NCBI GenBank assembly: GCA_964016885.1 | Contig: OZ024743.1 | Location: forward strand, 181,164,001 to 181,228,000 | Source: Eledone cirrhosa | Taxonomy: Eukaryota | Direction: 5' to 3' | DNA length: 64,000 nt | In this document: positions 37,811-50,980 of the stretch, one piece after another | Numbering within the stretch: position 1 is the stretch's first letter | Layout: every line of letters begins with the position of its first letter | Translations under genes and position numbers: made by a program | The notes under the pieces: model-generated | Database searches by the model: none | The model's input: only the letters and a program-made list of their open reading frames with translations | What the model was told of the DNA's origin: nothing

Positions 37811-38074
37811 TGTGTGTGCCAGTCGACACGTCTGTTCGTCCGTAGTAGTGTCAAAATTGCCACGAGGCGTGTTTATTTCATGTCTTTTAATAGTGAAGCT
37901 TATCAAGTAATTTCAAGTAGGAATTAAAGTGGACGTTTTACGTGAGACCCTAAGAGAGAATATTCTATCGTTCGAAAAGAAGAGGACATATACTTTTGAT
38001 ATGTGTGTTTTTAAATCAGATGTTGTCTGAATTCAAGTTTCGGTTATTTTCTTCAAGTTATATACCAATCTTAT

Positions 38075-38620
38075 ACATATCGTCATTTCAATCTATTTAA
38101 AATTATATCGTTATTTTGTCCCCGATTGATCCGGTTGGACTCCAGGCGAGACAAATTCAGCTGATGGATGTTATCCAACCATCTCACTCGGGATCCATCT
38201 ATGGATCGATCCCTTGCTAGTTGGTTTTGCCCGTAAAATCTGTCCAGCGATTCTTGCCTGAAACATTCTAACCACATGCCCATAGTATCGGAGCTGTGAT
38301 CTCTCAATTTGGAGAAGTAACAGCTCTACCTGGAGTAACTCTCTGATATCCGAGCTAGGCACTTTATAGAGTAACGTTACTCCAAAGCCTCTTTGGAAGA
38401 ATCCCATTCCAGCCTCTTGTATTCGTGATCATATTCTTTTGGCCATTACCCACGATTCATGACCATGGGTTGGCATGAATATCGAATTGAAGTCTTTGGC
38501 TGTTACACCTACCTCACTTCTTTTGATGATCGAGTGCTGAAGCTGACGTTCACTGCACCAGCGCCTGCAATTCTTGCACTAAATTCTACATCCTGCCTTT
38601 CAGTTTTACCTTAGATGAAA
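38075..38620 (-). pseudogene. RTE-clade LINE 3' fragment
   Basis: RIQEAGMGFFQR..DIRELLQV..IERSQLRYYGHVVRM..RVRWLDNI matches the RTE C-terminal LRWxGHVxRM / RWxD motifs. Confidence 0.7.
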
Positions 38621-38669
38621 GTTCATAACATGCTCATCATTTTTTTCATTATGATGACATATCGACAAT

Positions 38670-38926
38670 AATGACGATGACGATGGTCATGACGATGATT
38701 GCGATGTTGAAAATGACGATGAAAATTACGATGAAAACGACGATAAAAATGACGATGAAGTGACGATGAAAATGACAATGAAAGTGACGATAAAAATGAC
38801 GATGAAAGTTGCAATGAAAATGACGATGAAAAGACGAGGAAAAGACGAGGAAAACGACGATGAAAATGACGATGAAAATGACGATGAAAATAACGATGAA
38901 AATTACGATGAAAATGACGATGAAAA
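38670..38926. repeat. 12-bp minisatellite (GACGATGAAAAT)n
   Basis: Direct reading. Confidence 0.9.
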
Positions 38927-39042
38927 AGAGTTTATTGTCGCTGATTGAGAAAGTAAAATATTAATGCTCCTGATATCTAACCAATAAATAAAATAGAGTT
39001 TAAAACTATTACTAGCACCATCAATATTACAGTATCGATTTT

Positions 39043-39058
39043 ATCTCTCTCTCTCCCC

Positions 39059-39096
<38 letters not shown>

Positions 39097-39322
39097 ATCA
39101 CACTCTCTCTCTCTATCACTCTCTCTCTCTCTCTATCTCTATCTCTTTCTCTTTCTCTTTCTCTTTCTCTTTCTCTTTCTCTTTCTATCTCTCTGTCCCT
39201 TTCTCGCTCTCTCTCTTTCTCTCTCTCTCTCACTCTCTCTCTCCCCCGTTCTCCCTCCCTCTCTCTCTTTCTCTCTCGTTCTCCCTCTCTCTCTCTCTCT
39301 CACTCCCCCCCCCCTCTCTCTC
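39043..39322. repeat. (CT)n microsatellite
   Basis: Direct reading. Confidence 0.95.
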
Positions 39323-39544
39323 TAACAAATCTGGTTGTGTGAGGCTATAGATCTCATGAAGAATCATTAAAATTAGTGTTCGGTTTTCTTCTTGTTCTTG
39401 TTGTTTTCTTGTTTTTGTTGTTGTTGTTGTTGTTTTTGTTTGTTTGTTTATTTCATTTCTGGGTTATTTTACTTTGTTTTGTTTTTGTCATAATTGTTTT
39501 CTTTCTTTTATTTATATATATATATATATATAAATATATATATA

Positions 39545-40192
39545 TAAACGGAAAAAATGAAACGAAATTTCATTTCTCACTCTTAGTACGGCTGTTACTT
39601 AAATATAAGTATGTATACGTACATACATATATGTATACAGACGTACAGTAGTATGTATATATATATATATACATACATGCACATATATATATATGTACGT
39701 ATGGATTCACCGAACATTTATTATAATGGTCGGTGTGTTTGTAAACAAACATCCCGAATTAAGCCGTACAGTGTCTAGCAACCATCGTTGCTCATTTGTT
39801 CAACACTGACAAAAGAACACTGTGCTAGTTTCAAGCTTATTAGCTCTCGTCAGCAACGTATACCTTCCTGACAGATGGTTGAACGTCTGAAAGTATATAC
39901 TTTCCTCGTGCATATTAACGGCTTAGCAGCCTAATTTGCATATCGAGTGAGTTAATCGGCCGGGGTAGCGAAAACGATAAACGGAAAAAATGAAACGAAA
40001 TTTCATTTCTCACTCTTAGTACGGCTGTTACTTAAATATAAATATATATACGTACATACATATATGTATACAGACTACATTATAATAAATGTTCGGTGAA
40101 TCCATACGTACATATATATATATGTGCATGTATGTATATATCTATACATACTACTGTACATCTGTATACATATATATATGTACGTATACATA

Positions 40193-40200
<8 letters not shown>
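39545..40200 (-). mobile_element. Penelope-like pLTR cluster: direct repeat (about 39545-39645 / 39978-40078) plus inverted repeat (about 39605-39726 / 40078-40200)
   Basis: AAACGGAAAAAATGAAACGAAATTTC..GTTACTTAAATATA twice; TTCACCGAACATTTATTATAATG mirrored; embedded in (TA)n. Confidence 0.65.
39818..39858 (-). ncRNA. Minimal hammerhead motif (Penelope type), one stem III substitution
   Basis: Minus strand CGTTG-CTGACGA-GAGCT AATA AGCTT-GAAA-CTAGCA-CAGTG. Confidence 0.6.
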
Positions 40201-40262
<62 letters not shown>

Positions 40263-40329
40263 TTATCTGTTACTTGGTATAATTATTATTATTACGATAT
40301 TGGAAACGTTCATATATAGAAATGGCAAA

Positions 40330-40685
40330 ACCAACAACACCAACAACAACACCAACAACAATAACAACACCAACAACAACACCAACATCAATAACAACAC
40401 CAACAACACCAACAACAACACCAACAACAACACCAACAACAACACCAACAACAACACCAACAGCAATAACAACGCCAACAACACCAACAACAACACCAAC
40501 AACAACACCAACAACAATAACAACACCAACAACACCAACACCAACAACACCAACAACAATAACAACACCAACAACACCAACAACACCACCAACAGCAGCA
40601 ATAGCAGCAGCAACAACAACAACAACAATAACAACACCAACAACACCAACAACAACAACAACAACACCACCGACAACAACAAAAA
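40330..40685. repeat. (AAC/ACC)n trinucleotide satellite; expanded second copy at 43178-43925
   Basis: Direct reading. Confidence 0.95.
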
Positions 40686-40845
40686 CTAAAGATATGTTCA
40701 GAAGGGAAAAAGACTGAATTTTCTGGTCAGGTATTTTTAAAGAAAAGAGAATGAGGCATTAAGGTTAGTTTTAATTTGTTTACAAATTAGAATAATGATT
40801 GAAGCGACAGATAAAATTGATGGAATATTCTCTCAAATAGCAGCA

Positions 40846-40878
<33 letters not shown>

Positions 40879-40909
40879 GCAGCAGCTTCTTATTATTATT
40901 ATTATTATT

Positions 40910-43173
40910 GTTGTTGTTATTCCTTGAATCTCAGTCATTGATGTTGGTTAACTGGAAAGTCCGTTGGATTGAATATCAAGCCACTACCTGCAGCCTCAGA
41001 TATTCAGGACGTATCGGAGGGTTCTTGCTGTTCCAAGCAAGCATGCCTTTTGAAGCGTTCCAAAAAGTGTGAAGGAGCCGATTTTCTTTAACCATCCCTG
41101 GAAACTTTTGGAGATAGTCCCCAGTGCGCCTATGACAATCGGGATCACTTTGACTTCATGGCAGTTCCAAATCCTTTTCACCTCCCACTTTAGGTCCTGG
41201 TATCGGTTAATTTTCTCCCTCTCCTTCTCTTGCACTCTCGTGTCGAACGGGCAGGCCACATCCACAATCAGACACGATCTTTTTTCTTTGTCCACAACCA
41301 CCAGGTCAGGTCTATTGTGTTCCAGTTTTTTGTCCGTCTGTATCCTAAAATCCCACAGCACCTTCACCTGATCGTTCTCCATCACCGCCTCTGGCCTATG
41401 CTCATACCATTTCTCAGAATGTGGTAAATTGTTTACTTTGCACAGGTGCCAGTGGATCACCCTGCCCATCACATCGTGTCTCCAGCCCTTATAGTGGGTC
41501 TGGGCTAGGTGTTTACACTCGGACACAATGTGAGCCACAGTCTCCTCTCTCTCTCCACAGATCCTGCACAGTGGGCTAGCCTCCTCCTTGTAAATATGGT
41601 GCTTCAACCACTTCGTTTTGAGGGCCTGCTCCTGCGCAACCATTAGCATTCCTTCTGTAGCCTTTTTGAGGTCTCCTCTTCTCAACCAGTGGATCTCTAA
41701 ATCTGTTTTCTCAAAGAAGGTACTATGAAGGGATTTTCCCTTAAGGCTACTCTTCCTCCTTGATGTTATTTCCTCCTTGGACATCCCCTGGCCTACTGTC
41801 CCCTCCTTCAGTACAGCTCTGAGCATTGGCTCCTTACTATAAGTCACGTATTTGTATAGGTTGTTTTTCTCCATCCGAACACAGTCCTCTATGCTGATAA
41901 GACCTCTTCCACCCTCAGATCTCCTTAGGTAGAGTCTATCGACATCACTCCTCTTGTGGAACATGTTGTAGATAGTCAATAGCTTCCTAGTCTTCCTATC
42001 CATTTCTTTTTGTTCAGCAACATTCCATCTCAGAATTCCCGCACTGTACCTAATAATAGACACAGCTCGGGAATTTACAGCGCTTATGGCATTTCTGCTG
42101 TTCAGATGTGACTTCAATACGCTCCTTACTCTCCGAATGTATTCAGTTCTTAACAATTCCTTCATTTTTTTGTTCTTTATGCCATCAGCCTCCAGAACGC
42201 CCAAATACTTGTATCCTTCCTCAGAGTCAATTTCCTTTATCATCTCACCTGTTGGTATCTGGATCCCGTTACTTCTGCTCAACCTACCCCTCCTCATCAC
42301 AATGACTCCACATTTACCAATACCAAACTGCATACATATATCACTGCTGAAAATACGGACAGTGTCAACAAGCACATCCAACTCCTTCTCGCTTTTCCCG
42401 AAGAGCTTAAGATCGTCCATGAAGAGGAGGTGATTGATGGTAAGCTCTCCCCTTCCCAACTTGTATCCTGCTCTCACTTTTCGCAGCATGATGGTCAAGG
42501 GCATCAGGGCAAGGACAAACAACAGAGGGGACAGGCTATCTCCCTGGAAGATACCTCTCTTGATCTTCACGCTTCCCAAGGATACTCCAGTTGATGTCAA
42601 CTCTGTCTCCCAGGACCCCATACTCCTGCCCAGCAGCTGTCTGATGTTATCTGCCACCCTGAAGATCTCCAGGCTTTTGGTGATCCAAGAATGAGGCACC
42701 ATGTCAAATGCCTTTCTGTAGTCTATCCATCCCATGGCAAGATCAGTGTGTCTCCTCCTGCAATTCCCCATTACCATCTTATCAATAAGTAACTGGTCCT
42801 TTGTACCACGTGACTTCTTTCGGCATCCTTTCTGTTCGTCCGGTAACAAGTTGTTTGTGTGGAGGTGATGGTAGATTTCCTCAGACACAATGCTCGTCAA
42901 CAGTTTCCACATTACGGACAGACATGTGATAGGTCTATAGTTGGTAACATCATTACCCTTGATTCGGTCTTTCATTATCAGAACTGTGGTACCTTTTGTC
43001 AACCACTCTGGCACCTCACCCGACACCAAGCAGTCATTGAACATGGCCGTCAGCTTCGGGTGGAGGGATGTTAAATGTTTAATCCAATACCCCTGCACAC
43101 CATCTGGGCCTGGTGATTTCCAGTTGGTTAGTTTTGGGGCCTGCCCCTTAAGAGTTTCAACTGTGATACTCAA
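40910..43173 (-). mobile_element. R4/Dong subfamily B, 5'-truncated copy (RT-CCHC-RLE still in one frame)
   Basis: C-terminal part of ORF 40996-43920 matches the intact copy; 3' end abuts (GCA)n(ATT)n. Confidence 0.92.
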
Positions 43174-43763
43174 CAGGAATAACAACACCAACAACACCAA
43201 CAACAACACCAACAACAATAACAACACCAACAACAACACCAACAACAACACCAACATCAATAACAACACCAACAACACCAACAACAACACCAACAACAAC
43301 ACCAACAACAACACCAACAGCAATAACAACGCCAACAACACCAACAACAACACCAACAACAATAACAACACCAACAACACCAACACCAAAAACAATAACA
43401 CCAACAACACCAACAACAATAACAACACCAACAACACCAACAACACCACCAACAGCAGCAATAGCAGCAGCAACAACAACAACAACAATAACAACACCAA
43501 CAACACCAACAACAACACCAACAACAACATCAACAACAACACCAACAACAACACCAACAACAACAACAATAACAACACCAACAACAACACCAAAAACAAC
43601 AACAATAACAACAACACCAACAACAACACCAACAACAATAACAACACCATCAACACCACCAACAGCAGCAATAGCAGCAGCAACAACAACACCAACAATA
43701 ACAACAACAACAATAACAGCAGCAGCAATAACAACAACGACTCCACCAACAACAACAACACCT

Positions 43764-43796
<33 letters not shown>

Positions 43797-44123
43797 GCAG
43801 CAGCAACAACAACACCAATAACACCAACAACAACAACAACAACAACAACAATAACAACAACAACACCAACAACAACAATAACAACACGAATAACAACAAC
43901 AACACCACCGACAACAACAAAAACTAAAGATATGTTCAGAAGGGAAAAAGACTGAATTTTCTGGTCAGGTATTTTTAAAGAAAAGAGAATGAGGCATTAA
44001 GGTTAGTTTTAATTTGTTTACAAATTAGAATAATGATTGAAGCGACAGATAAAATTGATGGAATATTCTCTCAAATAGCAGCAGCAGCAGTAGCAGCTTC
44101 TTCTTATTATTATTATTATTATT

Positions 44124-47100
44124 GTTGTTATTCCTTGAATCTCAGTCATTGATGTTGGTTAACTGGAAAGTCCGTTGGATTGAATATCAAGCCACTACCT
44201 GCAGCCTCAGATATTCAGGACGTATCGGAGGGTTCTTGCTGTTCCAAGCAAGCATGCCTTTTGAAGCGTTCCAAAAAGCGTGAAGGGGCCGATTTTCTTT
44301 AACCATCCCTGGAAACTTTTGGAGATAGTCCCCAGTTCGCCTATGACAATCGGATCACTTTGACTTCATGGCAGTTCCAAATCCTTTTCACCTCCCACTT
44401 TAGGTCCTGGTATCAGTTAATTTTCTCCCTCTCCTTCTCTTGCACTCTCGTGTCGAACGGGCAGGCCACATCCACAATCAGACACGATCTTTTTTCTTTG
44501 TCCACAACCACCAGGTCAAGTCTATTGTGTTCCAGTTTTTTGTCCGTCTGTACCCTAAAATCCCACAGCACCTTCACCTGATCGTTCTCCATCACCGCCT
44601 CTGGCCTATGCTCATACCATTTCTCAGAATGTGGTAAATTGTTTACTTTGCACAGGTGCCAGTGGATCACCCTGCCCATCACATCGTGTCTCCAGCCCTT
44701 GTAGTGGGTCTGGGCTAGGTGTTTACACTCGGACACAATGTGAGCCACAGTCTCCTCTCTCTCTCCACAGATCCTGCACAGTGGGCTAGCCTCCTCCTTG
44801 TAGATATGGTGCTTCAACCACTTCGTTTTGAGGGCCTGCTCCTGCGCAGCCATTAGCATTCCTTCTGTAGCCTTTTTGAGGTCTCCTCTTCTCAACCAGT
44901 TCCATGTCTGTGGATCTCTAAATTCAGTTTTCTCAAAGAAGGTACTATGAAGGGATTTTCCCTTAAGGCTGCTCTTCCTCCTTGATGTTATTTCCTCCTT
45001 GGACATCCCCTGGCCTACTGTCCCCTCCTTCAGTACAGTTCTGAGCATTGGCTCCTTACTATAGGTCACGTATTTGTATAGGTTGTTTTTCTCCATCTGA
45101 ACACAGTCCTCTATGCTGATAAGACCTCTTCCACCCTCAGATCTCCTTAGGTAGAGTCTATCGACATCACTCCTCTTGTGGAACATGTTGTAGATAGTCA
45201 ATAGCTTCCTAGTCTTCCTATCCATTTCTTTTTGTTCAGTAACATTCCATCTCAGAATTCCCGCACTGTACCTAATAATAGACACAGCTCGGGAATTTAC
45301 TGCGCTTATGGCATTTCTGCTGTTCAGATGTGACTTCAATACGCTCCTTACTCTCCGAATGTATTCAGTTCTTAACAATTCCTTCATTTTTTTGTTCTTT
45401 ATGCCATCAGCCTCCAGAACGCCCAAATACTTGTATCCTTCCTCAGAGTCAATTTCCTTTATCATCTCACCTGTTGGTATCTGGATCCCGTTACTTCTGT
45501 TCAACCTACCCCTCTTCATCACAATGACTCCACATTTACCAATACCAAACTGCATACATATATCACTGCTGAAAATACGGACAGTGTCAACAAGCACATC
45601 CAACTCCTTCTCGCTTTTCCCGAAGAGCTTAAGTTCGTCCATGAATAGGAGGTGATTGATGGTAAGCTCTCCCCTTCCCAACTTGTATCCTGCTCTCACT
45701 TTTCGCAGCATAATGGTCAAGGGCATCAGGGCAAGGACAAACAACAGAGGGGACAGGCTATCTCCCTGGAAGATACCTCTCTTGATCTTCACGCTTCCCA
45801 AGGATACTCCAGCTGATGTCAACTCTGTCTCCCAGGACCCCATACTCCTGCCTAGCAACTGTCTGATGTTATCTGCCACCCTGAAGATCTCCAGGCTTTT
45901 GGTGATCCAAGAATGAGGCACCATGTCAAATGCCTTTCTGTAGTCTATCCATCCCATGGCAAGATCAGTGTGTCTCCTCCTGCAATTCCCCATTACCATC
46001 TTATCAATAAGTAACTGGTCCTTTGTACCACGTGACTTCTTTCGGCATCCTTTCTGTTCGTCCGGTAACAAGTTGTTTGTGTGGAGGTGATGGTAGATTT
46101 CCTCAGACACAATGCTCGTCAACAGTTTCCACATTACGGACAGACATGTGATAGGTCTATAGTTGGTAACATCATTACCCTTGATTCGGTCTTTCATTAT
46201 CAGAACTGTGGTACCTTTTGTCAACCACTCTGGCACCTCACCCGACACCAAGCAGTCATTGAACATGGCCGTCAGCTTCGGGTGGAGGGATGTTAAATGT
46301 TTAATCCAATACCCCTGCACACCATCTGGGCCTGGTGATTTCCAGTTGGTTAGTTTTTTGGCCTGCCCCTTAAGAGTTTCAACTGTGATACTCAAATCAG
46401 CTTGTTGTTGTGCCTGCTCACCGATCTCCCTCTGTACTGTCTCAATCCACCCTGCCTGGACATTATGTCTAACATCCTGCTCCCATATTCCTCTCCAGAA
46501 TGTTTTAGTTTGCTCCGCCCCAGGGATCAAGTCGTTGCCTCTTTCTTTCCCCTCAAGCTGTCCAAACAGCATCTTCTGGTTGTTGTCGAAATGCGGTTCT
46601 GTTTATACTGACTGACTCTGTTCTCGTATCGCCTGATTTTTGCACTCTTTGCTACAATGCGTTGCTTCAGTTCCTCTATGGTAATATTTAGCTTTTTCCT
46701 CCTAGTTTTGTATTTTATTTCCAGTCTATTTTTAGTGCCTATGTTTTTTAGTGTCCCATTCAGTAGTGACTCAAGCTTTCCTATGTCATTTCTCATTTCC
46801 CCGATTTGCCCACTCAGTCGCTTCTTCCACCACGGCTCTGCTCTTTCTTGTCTGTTGTTTCCTCTCGCTTTTATACCAAGTAGTTTCCTCACCGTATTTG
46901 CTGTTGCTTTGAGGATATTGTTGCACTGGTGAAGGCTCCTCTCCTCAAGGTATGGGATGACTTTGTTTACCTTAGCTGTTGTTTCTTTTAACTTTTTCCT
47001 GTCTACAAATCTTAGGTTCATAGGTCTCCCACTATCATTGTTCAATTCATCTACCACTAAATTTAGGATGTCAACCGAATCTTGTCCTAGCACGTCAGCA

Positions 47101-48676
47101 TTCATCTCCTCAGTGGCCGTATCTCTGTTCCATGTATTATTTATCTCAGTATTCAGATCATTGTCTGCTTCGGGTGGTTCCTCCGTTCTCAGGACCTCTT
47201 CACCTTCATTTCCCACTGGCTCGCTTGTCTGGCATACTACACCCGCCATCTCCAAGCCATTCTCTCTGCTCAGTTCCTCCAGTTCCAGCTCGCTTATCCA
47301 CCCATTAGTTCTTATTACCCGAGCCTGCCCGGCCAATTTTTGTTCATCTAATTTAAATAAACCAATCTCGTTCCAGATGTTATGCATCCGTCTCCTGTAG
47401 CCCCTCTCCTTGGGGTTACTTTTCAGGTAACATTGCATGACAGTTCTATTTAATTCTTTCGTCCAGTTGGTTCTGGCCCCTTTCCTTCTTCTCCTTCCTC
47501 CAACATCAGCAGTATTTGGTTGACAGTCAGGTTCCTGCTGCTGAGCCAGGGGGCACCTGTTGGGTGAGAGTCTGTCACATGACGTTCTAGTCTCCATTTC
47601 ACCGTTATTCGAACTGTTTATGTTCGATATTTAAACACTCTTATCGAGGATTGGCGAATGTATGGTTACATAGCCATCTGTGGATCCGCCATTCCACTTG
47701 GCCCTTGTGTGGCATTATCACCACTATGTATACGAACATACATAAACAAATAAACACACAGGCAGAAAGGGCCCCAAAAATGAATAAGTATAAGTTTCAT
47801 TGTAATGTAGTGTTCGAATGTCTGACTTAGTTTTTGTTTTTTAAGTTTTAGTTTTTCCCCCTCTTCTCTGTCCGTCCGCCTGCTTCTCTCTTCATTCTTA
47901 TTTTCTTTACGCTTTTTGGGTTGTTTTTTTTGTTTTTGTTTTGGTTTTTCTCTGTTTGTTTTTCTCGTTTTTTGCTGTTGTTGCTGTGCTGCTTTGGTTT
48001 TGTTGTTTGTTTTTTCTTTTTTCTTTTGAGTCTATTTATATATTTTGATGCCTTCCTCTTTTTTAGTAGTAGGGATTCTATAATGTGGTGGCAGCAGCCA
48101 GCTGGGAGAAGTGGGTGACTGGCGGCGGTAGCGATACTGAGACAGTGGTGGTGGTGATGTCGATACCGAGGCAGTGGTGGCGGTGATGTGACCGTATTAC
48201 TGTAGTGATGGTGCTGTAGCGGTGGTAGCAGTGAAGGAGTGAAGGGCTGGTGGCGGCGGTGATGGGATAATGGTGGTAATGATGGCCGTAGTGAGCGGTG
48301 GTGGTGAAAATGCCGTTATCTGGCTGTTGTGTTTAGTGTACACAGGTGATAAGGTGGGTGGTGTATCTAGTTTCTGGTGTTGGTGAGTTTGGCTGTTCTA
48401 TATAGTGTAGACAGAGGAGAGGAGGGGGGGGTTCTTCTTCCATTTATAGCCATTTTCTTTTTTGGATATACAGTGTACAATACAAAGTTGAATATTTGAA
48501 TATTTGAGCCTTATAACAATATATTTGGGGTCCGAATTTTTTGGGGGCTCAAGCCGGGTGCTTTACGTAGCATTTGTACTAAGAGTTGTTATTTCACAAA
48601 TGATTTAAATATGTTAAAAATTCAAAACTTACGGGAGCGATTTCATGACCTCCGCCACCTCGTGCGTCTTCTTCCC
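44124..48676 (-). mobile_element. R4/Dong subfamily B, full length with the longest 5' end; ORF (44207-47597) disrupted
   Basis: Frameshift near 46590, FMDD->FMDE, premature stop at 44413; (ATT)n at both ends. Confidence 0.93.
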
Positions 48677-48737
<61 letters not shown>

Positions 48738-48944
48738 GGCGACCTACTTAGTAAATCGTATCATCGTGAGCTCCGCAAAGGTTTGTTATTTCCGTTTGTT
48801 AAAAATTGTCATTTATGGAAAATTTTATTGTTAACTGTTTATAAGCGCACATACATTGTTTTCCGAAAAGGACACCCAAAAAGATTGGGGCCTTGTGCCC
48901 AAAATTTTAACTTTTATTATTATCCAAAAATTTCTTTGAAAAAA

Positions 48945-50946
48945 ATGGCTAATTCCCCTCTGCACGAAGCAGCTGAAAGCCTTCCTCACAAAATAACACC
49001 TCACACCGACACCACCATTGTAAATGTTACTACTTTTGCCAACACAAAAAAAAATATAAGCAGTAGCAATATTTTAAATTTGTCTCAGGCAGACATTCAT
49101 TTCCCGCCATTACCAATGACTGCAGGTGTTAAAGCCTCCACCACCACCACCAGCGCGACAACCACCACCCCCACCACCACCGCGACAACAGAAACAAAAG
49201 AAGAAAAAAATAAATTAACTCGTGATGTCGAAATGAAATCAAGCAAAATGGACTCTTCCGCACCAAAGACGAATGACGTCACCACCACCACAACTGAAAC
49301 AAAAATTAAGATTAACACAAATAACGATAGCAACAACAACAACAATGACATTATAAAACCGACCCTCAGTTTCGCCATCGTAGCAAAACAATTCGAAGCG
49401 TTCACGGTAACTCAAGAAGATTTAGAAAATGCCAAACAAATGGTAAAGAAAGATGGGTACAGGGTCAGCCTCACCCCCCCCCCCCCCCACCTAATAAAAT
49501 GGAGCATCGGCGCCTGTGCACCGTGTCGTATAGAACAATAAATGTAAAATCGCGCCGAGTGGAACGGGCATCCGAGTCCCAAATCCAAAAAGCTTTGGGA
49601 CATGTGTGGGCAAGAAAAACCCACATCAGACGTGGGCAAAAGTATGGAACCGTGGATGTGTTCTTTGAAACACCAGAGGAGGCTAGAGAACACTCCATGG
49701 CCCCATTAAAAAGTGACGACCTCACACTCGTCCCAAGCTATTGTGGCCAGAGACTCGTAAAGATCAGGGTCACCCACGTTCCACCGGCCATCGAAATTCC
49801 CTGGCTAATAGCGGCTGTCCTCGCCGGCATCGAAGCCAACACGAAAATAATAGCAGTAGCAAAAGAAAAGCAGGAAAACTGGTCCGGATCTGGGATGGAG
49901 CTCCTGATCCAAGCGGACCAAAAAAGCATTGAGGAGATCCCAGAGGTAATAGACCTCACTGACGGCAGACACCTCACGGTAATTGTCGAGGGCAGAAGAC
50001 CTAGGTGTGTCGTTTGTGGTGAAGGAACCCACCTAAGGGCTTTCTGCCCTCAGGCTAAAAGGTTGAGGCCACCTCTCCTACCCACCCCAGTGACACAACC
50101 ATCAACACCACCAGTAGCAGAGATGGCAGCAACAACTGTAGCAGCAACAACAGAAGCAACTATAACAGCAACAAACCCAGCAACAGTAGCAAAACCAACA
50201 CCACTACCACCACCAGCAAAACCAACACCACCACCACCCAACGCTTCAGAACTAGCACCAGCGCCTACACCATCCACCACACCACAACCAAAACTAACGG
50301 CTGTGGAGGATTTTCCACTCCCCGGCCTATCACAACTGGATACAGATTGTGACGACGAGGAGTGCGAAACGATATCCGGAAAAAAAAAAGAAACCAAAAA
50401 AGAAAAAATTCTCTTCCTTCCCCCTCCAAAAACAAAATACAGAGGGAAACAAATAAACTAAGAAACAAAAAAGTTAGGACAGATATGCCACCATCCACAC
50501 CAGCATCACCAACCCCATCAACCCAAACACCAACACCATCACCATCATTAACTCCAACACCACCATCACCTACACCACAAAAGTCACCAAAATGCGAAAC
50601 AGAAACAAACCCAAAACAAACGCAAACAAAAGAAAACAACCAAAACGATACACACTACACAGCATTAAATTTGAACAACAAGCCATTATTACACTACATC
50701 CAACACAACACCAGCATCACAGAAAAAGACTACACAACAACCCAAAAATTCACACCACCTCCACACATACAAATCACTCGCATCACACAGAAAACGTACA
50801 TGACACTAAAACAAAAATTCCCCAAAGACATCGGAGACTTCCGACAAGCACTCTCCAGGAGGATTTATAAGGACATCCTTCCTGAGGAGGCCACAAGCAG
50901 TGAAAAGGATGGAAAAGCCGTCCTTCCCCTACGAGAAGTAAGGTAA
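48945..50946 (+). pseudogene. Tx1A ORF1 with two frameshifts, at or near homopolymer runs (~49480 C-run, ~50385 A-run)
   Basis: Three ORF pieces match 21891-23903; intact knuckle CVVCGEGTHLRAFC. Confidence 0.8.
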
Positions 50947-50980
50947 GTGGTCTTTCCCATCTTTTCCACTCCTTTTCAAC

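Noticed and set aside
42941-43927. Poly-Asn ORF (+) and poly-Leu/Val N-terminus of the 974-aa ORF (-); likewise 40096-40717
   Set aside because: Products of the (AAC)n satellite; not evidence of a membrane or prion-like protein.
48620-48676. HDV-like ribozyme at the Dong 5' end
   Set aside because: Could not build the nested double pseudoknot by eye on the sense strand; a descriptor-based search would be needed.
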